DNA of 63,956 nt, counting the filler, from Cladosporium halotolerans (lineage: Eukaryota), in the NCBI RefSeq assembly GCF_011745625.1. It is 6 parts of 6 records of this genome, joined end to end, with 100 filler letters (N's around TTAATTAATTAA, not from the genome) between each part and the next. Parts side by side here need not be neighbours in the genome. Positions count along the whole stretch, not along the records: positions 23,159 to 34,261 come from NW_027191590.1; positions 34,362 to 45,414 come from NW_027191591.1; 4 more parts are not named here. One strand, given 5' to 3'. The notes below the pieces were generated by a model. It saw only the letters and a program-made list of their open reading frames with translations. It searched no databases and was not told where the DNA came from. This document shows positions 23,455 through 35,644 of the stretch, piece after piece (position 1 is the stretch's first letter; every line of letters starts with the position of its first letter). The translations under genes and the position numbers were made by a program.

Positions 23455-25045
23455 AGTGGGATATAGTGCCTCGTGAAGGCTGACGGATCGCAAAGATGCT
23501 CCACGTACTAAGGATACACCAACGAAGGCCCAGTGAAGACCAGGTGAGGAAACAGCGGGTCAATGGGCCATGGAGCGGGCCATCCCCAGATATAGAGCTG
23601 GAGAAGCATTGTGGAGGTGTTCGGGAGCCGGGGTAGAGGTATCCGGGGATGGCACACGTGGTGCTTTTAGCCGTCGAGCTAGTCAGAGGCGGACCACTGC
23701 TTGTTCGTGAGGCTGATGGCTTGATTGGAGTCCCCTCGCGTCGCTTCGTGCTGCTGCCGCCCGAGTGCGGATCTTTTGCCGGAGATGGGCTGGTGGTGGC
23801 GTAGAGTCCACCACACACGCGCGACAGAGACACATCCAACGGCAAAGTCGGCCGTGCGGGCGTCAAGCGAGGTGGAGCCAAGGCGGCCCAAGCACGCGAA
23901 GATGTCGCTTGGCGGATGCTTTGCAATCTTGTCGCACGCCGCCGCGAGAGCCTCAGCTGCCGCCGCATGTGACTGCAAGGTACCTAGGAATCGACACTGA
24001 GCTGCTGCTTGTCGCGACGCCCTACCACTTTGCGGACACATCAGCCCTGCACTTTGCCTGTCTCGAACTGCCCATACTGAGCTGGTCAGGCACAACACTC
24101 ACGTTCACTGGGACGCAGGCCGTGAACAGCCGCGGCATGGTGTCAACAGCAGAGTGGAGCCGAGTGAGATGTCGGCCGGTCTGGAACACACGGCTGATGC
24201 CCCGCGGGGCCCCGACGGGTTTTCTGGAGCCTGGATGTGCTGGGGCCGAGTGGGGAAGCATGCCAGCACGGAGCCAACACCACCGCACGCGACAGGATGA
24301 TAAAGCACGCAACAGCCTCAACCTCTCCGCTTAGGGCTTCTTCTCGGGATGTGGACGACTTTCACTCCCGGTCCTTGACGAAGGACGCGGTGTTCGTGTG
24401 ACTTATGCCACCAATTGCACGATCTCAAGGAGCTGACAGGGCTGTGCCGTTCGTTCAATGAGGACCTACTGTCAAAGAAAGAGAGCCTCCGCCTTATTTC
24501 CCACGCGCTTGCCCGGCGTAAGCGAGCCGAGCATCATGCATTTACCCACCGCTCCACTCCGACACTTTCAAGATAGACTACCGCCTCAGGCAGAGGCTCA
24601 CCAACCTTCATGGCGCCGGCATCCAGTTTAGACTTGCCAACCGAAGCATTTTCCTCCAAGCAATGCGGTAGCGACACTCCCTTCGTTCCGCCTCGGAGTA
24701 CGGGTGATTGACCAGAAGGACGTCGTCCAGACTCTTGGCTGGTTTGAGACCATGCTTTGCCAGAAGCTCATATTGCCAAAGAGCTGCTACTCTCGCGCGG
24801 GAGTAGTCCTGGCGTGAAGACGACGAGCGCCGTGGACTACACCCCGGCTTTTCCTCGTCGAACACCGTGATGATGTCAATGACAATCTCGCTCTCTCGAA
24901 GTCTTGACGCTTCGTTTGATACAATCCAGACTTGATAGAGGCAGCTCCTTTTCACGTGGAAGGTGGGATGGCCCTCCTTGAGCATTGTCACATCGGGCTT
25001 GTAGGTGTTTATGCTATCATTGTTATTGCTCGTAAGCTGACATAC

Positions 25046-26097
25046 TCAGTGAGGCCTCTGCGCATAGACGACACTCAGGTTCGCTCTCAAGTAGATCTTG
25101 CCACTACTCAACTCCTGAGCCGCAGCCTCTTGAAGCTTCGCAGCCTCGTCAGAAGCCCAGTAACCCGAGCCACCATCCATCTTCTTGTGCATTTCGGCAA
25201 TCCCACTGAGAGCGGCCATGCACACTTTACTGAATTCGTGGCGTGTGCTGCTGACGCGATCGGAGCCGAATACATCGGTTTTCACGTCTGCAAACCCGGC
25301 AGCACCGGCGATGGAAGGCAGCATTAGCACTTCCTCCCAGCCCTGCCCGCGCTCCAGGCCATGTCGGACGAGATTCTTGATGAGGTTTACTGATGCCTCT
25401 CGGCTCGCTGAAGGCTCGTTTTGAAGAATCTCCATGGACCTGTGAACTCCGGTTAATACACAACCATCGTCGACACCTGCATCCGAGATGAACATACCCA
25501 AAGTCTGCTTCCTCCCACTGTAACCATCCGCCGGGTTTGAGTAATTGTAACAGATTCCTACAAGCGAGTTCCCACGTGTTCTTGGGTAGGCCAAGGACGA
25601 GCAGCCGCAAATGGATCACATCAAACGTCGCTACCATGTGCTGAGGCACAGGGTCGAGAACGTTGAGCACGGAGAAGGCCAGGCCTTGCGGTGGTTGCGA
25701 TGGAAATTGCGAGGAGCTGATATCAAAGCCTTCGTACCTGAAGGAAAGCAGTCAGAAAGAGCTGCGCGACACAAAAAGAGCAAGGCTCACGCAGGCGAAC
25801 CCCGAGATTAAACGGAAAGAACGACAAGCGTTTTGCCGTGTGTCTTGTGATGCAGACTTACGAATGCTTAGCCCGCCCGCACTCTTCCGCGAGTTCAATC
25901 AACCACACCCCTGTACCAGTTCCAACGTCACCAATACGCGCGCCGTCTGGAAGGTCGGCCGCAACACAGGGGTGGAGGAGGAAGCCAAGGTTTTCCCTCC
26001 AGAGGGCATGCTGCATGTTCAATCGAGCGCTTTCCTTCGCATCTCGGGTGAGCCCGTACGTATCTGGCATTTTCGTGGTGCCGTTAGTGTGAGCCAT
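25046..26097 (-). CDS. Class I SAM-dependent methyltransferase (LaeA/GliN-like group), 3 exons
   Basis: ESARLNMQH, IGDVGTGTGVW, GFDIS, FDVIHLR, LLKPGGWLQWEE; two GT-AG introns. Confidence 0.85.
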
Positions 26098-26379
26098 TTT
26101 TGCTTCTCGCCGTCCAAGGGTTCAAAGTGCTTGTTGAGACAGACACGCTGAGCATTTCAGGTGTAATGCGGGCGTTTATAAGCATTCCCAAGCCTGTGAT
26201 CATATGAGCTAATACCACGTAAGCTCAGACTCTAAAGAGCTTCAGTCCACTTTTCTCCGTGAGACCGAATGCCAAAATCCTGCCGTAACTGTTTGCGGTC
26301 TTTCTACGAATCCTGCGGATGGTGTAGGTTCGCGTTGTACAGAAGCCCTAGCTCCTCCCATCCTTCGAGCCCTTGTCTA

Positions 26380-28400
26380 GATTTACTGAACATGACAGAT
26401 GCTTTGGCACGTCGCTTGCTGCTCAGACTCTGGAACATATCCATTGCGGCTTATTACGCGGTTGCATAGCAGGCACAAAGGATCGCCATCAGATTCAGGA
26501 GCTCCTCGGCTTCGTTTTCCGGGCGGACGATCATACAAATGCCGAGCCAAGCTGTTTCTCCACAACAACGTCGATCAGGCGTGCATTTGTGCAAATCACT
26601 ACGATCTCCGGCTTGTGCGAAAGCCGCAGACTTCAACATGACACTCGTGCATACCGATGACCGCTGAAGATAAAAGATTGAGCCTCTTTAGTCCAAGAAA
26701 GCGCATCACTTCCGGACTTCCCTTCCCCGGCTCCCGACCACCGCGATCACCGAACACCGGCCACCGAACACTCTCGGGGTCTATGTCGGACACCAACCTC
26801 GGCCCGTACGCTAGAAGTGTCGTCCGCCAGGAAATGACAGCATTGGGCGGTCTTCGAGATGAGCGGAGCTCGTGAGCCGTAAGACTTGCATGCATTCGCG
26901 GTCCCAGCCGAATCCAGGGCATTCTGCTTCATGAGGGACTTTTGCTGGTATTTGAGTTTGGCGCTCCAGCTGAAACAGCAGGAGTCGATTTCTCTCTTTT
27001 GCCACTCGTGTCTGGGCGATTGTCTGGGATGAGTGCTGTCTATTCTCCAGTCCGACATGCCTTATGCATCATCGGAGCTGAGCTGGAGCATTCAGTTCAC
27101 ACCAGCATCGCGCATCGATTGGCGCAAGGTGCTCCTGGGTCGGTATCGAGTTGATTCATCCCATCAAACTTTCCAGCGCGATCGACTGGTGGAGGGCACC
27201 TCCTAGACCCTTACTTTTTCCTGGCTGCTCTTTTGGATGTGATCCAATTTCGAAGCAAAAAAGTTTCCGCTGCACGCAGATACCCGTCTAGAGTCAACTG
27301 GGAGCACCCAGAGGCGTGCTCTGCGATCTAGCCCGACCGATGAGCCATGCCGACGTCCAACAGCTGATCCAGAATTAGCACTGTTGTGCGAAACGGTAGA
27401 GGTGTCTGAGCGACGGGAGTCGCCGAGGATTATGGGCGCTTTTCACGGAAGTTGAGGAGGCGGTGAAGCACATTAGAATAAGCATTCCACTACTTCGATG
27501 TGCCGTCTCAAGTCACGCAGGCTTAGAGTCCGAGTTCTCACCACAAGCGAATCATGCAGGAGTGCTTATTGCTCGATCGCTGGCCGACACGCGCTTCACC
27601 TCTTCCGGCTTCGATGCAAGGCCACGTCATGTCACAGCGTCTTGTGCGATGATCCGTGTCCGGACTGCCAGGGAAAATGATCTAGACGGCAGGCTCAGCA
27701 CTATCATAGATCGAGCCTGAAGACCACCCCTGCGCTGTATCCGGATCTTTGAGTGTCCAATGGCCGATGCGACAAAACGGCCGTTGTCGCTTTCTTGAAG
27801 TTGGCGCCCACTTGGCAGTGGCTAGACACAGGTCCTTCTTCGTGACTCCTTCCAATTACGTACATGGGCAGTGGGTAAGAACAGCGTTGCGACTTCCAAC
27901 GCTGCCCACCTCGGTGAAGCTCGACATATGGCAAGAAGGCCATTGCTTTTGAGGGTTGAGGTGTTCCAGAAGGGCGCTGACTCAATACGCTGTCCACGTC
28001 GTCCAGCATTTTGCACAAACTTCCGTGAATGTACGGAAGGCTGTATGCCTGCGGGCAAACTTCAGAGTCGACACCACGTCTCCAACTTATAAAGTAACCT
28101 CCGGAACATTTCGCAGACTCGGCGGGATGCCTTGATCTTTCCGCTGGAAGCTTCAGATCTACTTTGACATACGTGAGAACCAGTCGGAGGAAGGAATGCT
28201 AGTCAAAGCAGGGCGTGAATGCGAGCCTGCAGTCTAACTTTGTGTCGATACATAAAAGCCACACAAGAAATGGCTCGCGCATGCTCAAATTGGCCGACGG
28301 AAGCATGGGCAATAGCGAAGGCATTAACAGTATGCCCGATTCCGCAGCTGGCACCCTGAAGAGGTTCAAGTGTCGAAGCTGAAATCCTGATCAGCAAGCC
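26380..28400 (-). pseudogene. Possible heavily decayed NB-ARC/TPR-type gene
   Basis: Scattered fragments appear in the expected order: GASCGIGHTVNAFAIAH (P-loop-like), MLDDVD (Walker B-like), YPLPMYVIG (GLPL-like), NEAEELL. The match is weak. Confidence 0.25.
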
Positions 28401-29016
28401 TACTGAACCGTCAGTCCGTAAGTATTTCTCCGTCTTTGGGTGACCGAACGCAATCAGCTCACGGATCCAGCGAAGGTTTGGCCATGCTGGCGAGCAGAGC
28501 GGCTGTTATAGTCAGGTGCCCGTGAACAAGCGGGGGCCCCGGACATCGGCTCCACGTCAATTCTGCCGGAGGCTATACATACGAGCAGCCATGATCGTCA
28601 GAGCTATACTTGTCTTGGCACGAATCTTCAGGCGGTTGGCAGGATGCTCCATTCATTGGAGAATGCAACTCCAGAAATTCTTTACGGCGTACCCGTCCTC
28701 CTACGGCGATTAAAGCGGTACCACCGGTCAAATACTACGCCTTAGGCGCGGTTCTACGAGGAGTTGCAGTGTAGTGCTCGAACTTCCGCCACGGCAATGT
28801 GCATTATGCCCTGGTTTGAGACGACACATCCCATGACTGACGACCGTTTTGGCTTAACAAACTATCGCTTGTTAGCGTTCGCCAAGTATAACAGACGGTG
28901 AAGGGTGATGATGCAGTCCCTCAACTTGGCAGCGTTTGGAGCATTCGAGCAGGGTATAAAAGACCAGCACGAATCCCACAGACCCAATTGGTGACACACA
29001 ATCGCCAATCGCAGCT

Positions 29017-30123
29017 ATGAAGATCGCCGGAACATTTACCGCCGCCCTCGCATTGGCATTCGACCTCGCCCTGGGAGCCAGCTTCTCCAACCCTCTGAAA
29101 GAGTTCAATGGATCAGACCCGTTCATAGTCTACTCCGATGGATTTTACTACCTAATGACGACAACATGGACCAACATCCAAGTCACTCGCTCGGCAACAC
29201 TTGAAGGACTGAAGTCCGGAGAAACAAAGGTGGTCTGGGAAGACCCAGACCCATCGCGATGCTGCAACGTCTGGGCTCCCGAGGTGCACTGGCTAGACAA
29301 TAAGTGGTGGATCTACTACGCTTCTAGCGCAGAGGGGGACACAGCTAACCAGCGCATGCGTGTCCTGGAAGGTATGGTTGCATCGCTCCCAGTCCGCGGT
29401 ATCATTATCTCGTCCGGGAACTAAATCCACGTCCAGGCGGCGCAACGCCCTTCGACCCCTACTCCTATGCGGGCCAGCTGTTCGACGAGTGGGCCATCGA
29501 CCTCTCCGTCATTCGCGTTGCAGATGCCAATTATTTTGCCTACTCATGCTTCCGCTCCGAGATCCAGTCCCTCTGCATCGCTCCCATGAACACGCCGGCG
29601 TCAGCAGGGACTCCGTCGCTCCTGTCTCAGCCAAGCGAGGAGTGGGAGAAGTTTGGGTCGTTCGCAGTCAACGAGGGTCCTGTCGGCTTATACCATGACG
29701 GAGACACCTACATAGTCTACAGCGGAAGCAACTGCTGGGAGCCAGAATATCAGCTAGGCTACCTTAAGTACGATGGGGCAGGCAATCCTCTACTCGTGAG
29801 TAGCTGGGCCAAAACAGGCCCAGTATTTAGCAGCGCGAACGGGAACTATGGTACTGGACACAACGGGTGAGTTTGTTCTCTGGAAGCACGCTTCACTGCC
29901 TAAGCTGCATTCGCTGACTTTCCGTAGATTCTTCACCAGCCCGGATGGCACAGAGACCTGGAACGTCTACCACGCGACAACGATTCAGACCGGCTCCTGT
30001 GACGGCAATCGATACACCGCCGCCCAAAAGGTGAACTGGAATGCCGACGGCAGCCCGGACTTCGGTGAAGCGGCTGCGCTTGGGACAGTGCTTGACGGAC
30101 CTTCGGGCGAGCCCTCGTCCTGA
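29017..30123 (+). CDS. Secreted glycoside hydrolase family 43 (arabinofuranosidase-like), 326 aa; exons 29017-29371, 29437-29866, 29928-30123
   Basis: Signal peptide; SDP, WAPE, WAID, NEGP and GHNGFF motifs; two canonical introns give an intact frame. Confidence 0.92.
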
Positions 30124-30919
30124 GAGAATCTCAACTTGTGTCAAATCCCCAGCGTCACGTCCTTGTTGATGATCTCTTTATCTTTTGAGGGTTTTCTTCT
30201 GTTCCGGTGGACTAAGTAGCTTTGACGTTGGTTGGGATAGATAGCATAGAAATGGCAATATCTCTACGCCGGAAATGAATATAACGCTCGAGGCAATGGG
30301 ACATTTGCAGGTCACTCTCAGATCGTAAAGATCTCTCAAGGTTGTAACACTGGTTCGTAGGGCTGTCAAGGTATACTTTACCCTAAAGAGCCAGCATGCC
30401 CGTGCATCATCAGCGTGCCCTAATTTGTAGATGACTACACACCCAGCTGTACAACATCAAGGCACGTACTCTCAATGAGTGTACATACAACAGATGAGCA
30501 CAGAGTATATCTCCATGCGTAGTCTATTACGCTGCTTCAAGCCAAGCAATAGGTAGGCAGAATAGCTTCTAGGCGACTACAAGCCCCGGCCGTGCACCCG
30601 TCCAAGCTTCTGCGCTCCGTTTCATCTACATGGCCGGGAGTAGGGCGTTGCGACAAGAACACTGGGTATAGTGATCGCGAGAGCATCGGGCTGTCGCGAG
30701 GACGGCGTTTCAGTTCCCTAGCGAGAGACCTTCGTAAGTTTGGTGTCTGCTCCGCGCAGACCACGGCCGCCGCTTTATATGGTCCACCACAGCCTTCATC
30801 CTCTGACTCTCGATTCTTGACAGACAACCCAATCCGAGATTCTACTCACAAAGGCTGCAAATCAGCCTTACATTCGTTCCAATACATCTCCTAATCAACC
30901 CTACTTCAACTTCTCCAAC

Positions 30920-31767
30920 ATGAAGACCGCAGCCCTCACCATCGCCTCCCTCTCTACCTTCTCGCAAGTCGTCTTCGCCGACTACGGCTGGCAGTTCGGC
31001 AATGCATTCTCCACAGGCCCGGTGGCAACCAACTCGTTCATCCGCGAGTCCACGACGACGCTGGTCCTGCCGGAAGTCAACAGCCCGCAGACCGGCAACC
31101 TCGCGCTGTGGCCCGGTATGGGAACCAGTGGCGGCGACCTGATCCAGGCTCTTGCCATCTCGGTCGCTGATGGAAGCGCCGGGTGCCCCAAGGAGTCGGG
31201 CAAGTGGTGCATTGTTGCCAGCACGCTTGAGGGTGAGTCTCATGGATGTCGCAATTGCAAGAGAACGGCGAGCTGACAGCATGCTTAGGTTCTCAGCAGA
31301 TGGGCGACGCCGTCTCGGCCGGAGCTGGCACACAGGTGACTATGGACTGTATGGAAACCCTTTCAATTGAACTTTACGTGGGAAAGCGCTGACACTGCGA
31401 ACAGACAAGTACAACGACTCGACGAAGAAGTACGATCAGACCGTCTCCGTCGACGGCAAAGTCGTCTCCAAGCTCTCCACCGGTGAGTCGGCAAACGAGC
31501 TCAAACCTCATGCGGCAAAGAGCTGACAGATCAATAGACTCCGGCGTCGCTCAAGGCTGGGGCACTGCGACCGAATGCCAATCCGCCGCGTGCGGCAAGT
31601 ACGCTAGCCACAAGTACATCAACACGAAGATCATCATGGATGTCGCCGACCCAAACTATGCTCAGACCAAGGGCACCACAGGCGCTTCCGGAGAGCTGGT
31701 GACGAACGATGGTGGCAAGACTTGGACGGTCGACACCATCACGATCGAGGGTGGAGAGTTCGTGTGA
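30920..31767 (+). CDS. Secreted 226-aa beta-rich protein, peptidase G1/ConA-like fold candidate; exons 30920-31232, 31289-31348, 31405-31482, 31538-31767
   Basis: Signal peptide; three canonical introns with CTGAC branch points give an intact frame; motifs LWPGM..DLIQ and TECQ; four cysteines. Confidence 0.8.
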
Positions 31768-32122
31768 AGGTGACGAAGGCGTGCCTAGAGAGACTGGGTT
31801 GTGACCTGCTAGCTATGTCGCATCAGGTCTCGATGTGCGGAGATCTCATGACCAGTTTGTCTACGTGTAAAAGTTAGTATCAGACACTGGATTTTGCCCA
31901 TTCAGGTACCAACTTTTCGCTCATGATCTCAAGAATATTCAGCGATGACGAAGATTTGACTTGAAGAGCGAGTCGACATCATGAGCTCGAGATTCTTGTG
32001 CGCAGATCGATGCTTCCGTGGGTGTGGACTTCCTCGTAACAGCGCTGTCGAGCCCGCATTCCCTTGTATCTGTCTACTTCTCCGCCTACCTACCGACAAG
32101 TGGCATAGCGAGCAATCAAGGT

Positions 32123-34169
32123 CTAGCCGCTGTTGGCGTCAGCAGTCCCAGCCGAACAATAAACCAGGTAGTCGGCGACCACCGAATGCGGTTCGCGATT
32201 CGTATCCGGGCCCTCGCCACGTGCGCAGCCCAAAGGTGTCCGTTGATGGGAGTCCAGCACGTCCAACCGCGAACCAGCGTGAACGAGCCGCTTGCAAATT
32301 TCAAAGTGGCCGTTCTCAGCGGCATAGTGCAATGGAGTCTCGCCGAACGCGTCCTGAGCATGCACGCTAGCTCCGAGGTCGAGGCAGCGTTGTGTCGTAT
32401 CCTCGCATCCGATTTCAGCAGCCCAGTGCAATATCGTCTTCGAGTATAGCTTGCATGTTTTGGAGGCTAGCTTCGTTGTGAGATGAGGCAAGAGAAGTGC
32501 AACCATATCCATTTTCCGATTCTTGAGAACGAAGACGAAGCAATTATCACATACCGAAGCGCCGTTCTGGAGCAGCACCTGCACCTGTATGGCGTCGTTC
32601 CTGTATATGGCAAATTGAAGGGGGTTCATCCCGCGCTTGTCTCGAGCTTTGACGATAGCGGTCCTCTCGAGAAGTAGTTGCATTAGCTCTATACTGCGGC
32701 TTTTTGCGGCAGCTCGAAGAACACTGCCATATTGACCGCCTTGAGCGTGGACATCAGCCCCACTTCTGAGCAGGAGCTCTGCAATCTTTCTGTTACCCTT
32801 TATTGACGCAGCCTGTAGAGCATTGCCATAACGCCCGCTTTGGTCATTGACGTCAGCACCATTTTCCAGAAGCAACCGTACCACTTCTGGACATCCAGTG
32901 TCTGCATCGTATCCCCATGACGCCGCTTGAAGAGGAGTGCCGTAGTGCTCGTTTGGGGCGTTGATGTTAGCACCAGATTCAAGGAGCAGCTGTACCAAGT
33001 CTTTGCTGCCACTTCTCGATGCAATATGAAGGGCAGTGCCCACGTATTCTTGCTCAATATCAAGGCGAGCACCTTTCTCGAGCAAGAGACGCACAATTTC
33101 CGTATTGCGCACGCTGATTGCTTCATGGAGTGCAGTTCCCTCGGAATCACTTTGTGCGTCGATGTCGGCACCCCGCTCGAGCAGAAAACGAACCACAGCT
33201 ATGGTTGCATTGCGGAAGCCGAGTGAGGCAGCATGTAGAGCAGTATGCCCTTTGCTCCGACCGGGAGTTTTGGCGTTGATATCGGCACCATGGTCAAGTA
33301 GCAGCTTCACGACCTCGTTGTGGCCTTGCCTCGAAGCGACTATGAGGGCAAACCCATGTGGCCCGCCCTGGATGTTGGCGTCAACTCCGCTGCGCAGCAG
33401 ATCACTGACGACGGCTTCCAGTCCAAGAAGACTCGCACAATACAGAGCTGAGGGAGTAACAGGCCGCTCGTTTCCACTACGTCCAAAGTTATCGTCCGGA
33501 TTGTCAATCTTGAGCCAATCTGCCCTTGCCTTGTCCAGTTGTAGAAATGCAACCTCACGGTTATGGTCCCCGCCTTGTTGCAATTGCGAATGACGGTACC
33601 ACGACTGCGCAGCATACTCCACTAGAGGGAAGACCTCACAGTCGCTCCTCATTTTCGAGTCAGGCTCCTTCAATGCGCTGTAATGTCGTAGATATGTGAT
33701 ACAGCTATGGGCGAGAAACCTGTGGTTGATGGTGCTTTCGAGGTGGAAATGATGTGCAGTGCTTTTGAAGATGCGGTTTGACTCCAAATAATCTTTGAAG
33801 GAGAAATGAGCAAGCCGGATCCTTGTACTCGAGACAGGAGTTTGGCTCTGATGTGCGAGATTTTCATGGTCTAGGCTGGCATCCAATGAGACGGGGCCAC
33901 AGAACTCGGCGTCATTATAGACCTTCACTTGAGCTTCCTGTGGGTCTAAGATTGCCACTAGCCCAGAGAGGATGTTCAGCGCGTCTTCAAGACCTCCGCG
34001 ATTGTCCACATCCACACTGCTCTCATCTGCGGGATCGATTACGGCGGCCTCGACCAGTTGACCAAGCGTCAGTGGCCTTTCCGCATACGTAAGCCATTGA
34101 AGGAGCGTGAACGCATGCTGGTAGTACATCTCGTCAATGTCAAGAAGAATGCGTGTATAGGTCTCATCA
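32123..34169 (-). CDS. C-terminal part of a NACHT-ankyrin (NLR-like) protein, 5' part cut off by a transposon
   Basis: DETYTRIL..LQWL...RPLT and RLAHFS.KDYL (post-NACHT helical region), then about ten ankyrin repeats (G.TALH.A). Confidence 0.88.
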
Positions 34170-34261
34170 TAGATCTTGAATCTTGATTTTCTCAATCAGA
34201 TAATCAATCAGGTAATCAATCAATCAGGTCCCTGATTGAGCTCGGACCTGAATAATCAGAT
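34170..34261. mobile_element. hAT-like terminus (AATCAG/CAATCA repeats) inserted in the NACHT-ankyrin gene
   Basis: Starts TAGATCTTGAATCTTGATT where the protein similarity ends; multiple AATCA repeats run to the contig break. Confidence 0.6.
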
Positions 34262-34361
34262 NNNNNNNNNNNNNNNNNNNNNNNNNNNNNNNNNNNNNNN
34301 NNNNNTTAATTAATTAANNNNNNNNNNNNNNNNNNNNNNNNNNNNNNNNNNNNNNNNNNNN
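34262..34361. other. Artificial contig linker
   Basis: N44-TTAATTAATTAA-N44. Confidence 0.97.
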
Positions 34362-35211
34362 TGATGAAGAAGAGCGGGAAGCGTTTTGAATTGGTGGTCG
34401 CGCGGGTACAGAAGACCAACGCCATAGAGTTAGCTTCTATCTACGCTCCACTGCAAGATGCGATCGTACACAGGAAGAAATTGGTGCTCATGAACCGAGG
34501 CGCTTGAGGCGGGTTGCTTTTTCTGGGGATCATTTAGGTTTCATAACGGAGACGCACTTGCATTCGTGGTGGGATCACCCAGCATAGTTGCCACTGTGAC
34601 ATTTTGAGGTGTCACTTCTCTTGTAGTGCACGTTGTCACAATATGTAGAGCTATGCCGTGTCACGTGGTGGTTGACGCCACAATACATATGTGTGCCAGC
34701 CTTTTCCCACGCGGTGCTGCATTCAGCTACGTCCATTGGAAATCCATCTGTAGGGAGTTGGAACATGTCAAAGCGATTCCAAGACTCTCACAAGTTTTGT
34801 ATCGATCGGTATCAATTGGGATATGAGTGGAAATCTGATATCAAATACACTATGGTGTTGGAGGAATCGTGCCGGTCTGCTTGTGGCATAATCTGCACCA
34901 CGTGAGCATATGTCTCAACATTCAATATAGCTCATACTCAATCTAACAAATACAACGAAAGTGAAAGAATCATACTTTGCGCGAATTTAGGATTGGCTGA
35001 CCTTGCTTGTGTATATATGTTGACTGTGACGAGGCCCAGAAAGGTTGAAATTCTTCAATCAATTCATTCTTAACCAAGCACAACTTCCACAGCCTCGAAA
35101 GCATAGAAACCACAGCCAGCACAGATCTCACACAGTATCGAAGAACCCTTACAAACTCGACTATCAACATCGCTTGTACTGCCATACCAAGATCGATACT
35201 CAGTGGATAAC

Positions 35212-35644
35212 ATGGTCAAAAGCAGGCGCCGGGTGAGAACTGATCTTGGCGTTACTACAGATGCTTTGTCCGATGCTTTAGCAGCATTCAACTTCCATTA
35301 TGGGAGAGATGAGACCGTTCTGGAAAAATGGCAGCAACTCTGCGCCGACTGCGATGTCGAGGTTTGCCGGTCGATCAGAAAATGCAAAGCGGCATGATCC
35401 ACTGCTGTGAAGTTACTTTATCATCTTGGCTGATTTTTTCCAGGCTCTTCGCACCGTTTCAATCAACATATGGGACCTCATTGCTGCACGCCAAGCTGGC
35501 AGTCTTCCCCCACCCCGATATCAAAACCGAAGAGAGCTCCAGCAAGATTTGAGGAGTAATCGCGGAAGAAGGTTCCCTTTAAGCAAAGTAAAGCAATCAG
35601 AAGACAATAAACTTCTGCGCGCGCTTCTGGTCACTATCAGGTGA
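35212..35644 (+). CDS. Uncharacterised small fungal protein; exons 35212-35391 and 35444-35644
   Basis: FNFHYGRD..LEKWQQLC..SIRKCK|ALRTVSINIWDLI...RFPL...LRALL; joining the exons requires a 52-nt GC-AG intron. Confidence 0.7.

Noticed and set aside
2503..34169. One biosynthetic cluster of PKS, methyltransferase, transporter and ankyrin gene
   Set aside because: These genes lie on different contigs, so adjacency is not supported.
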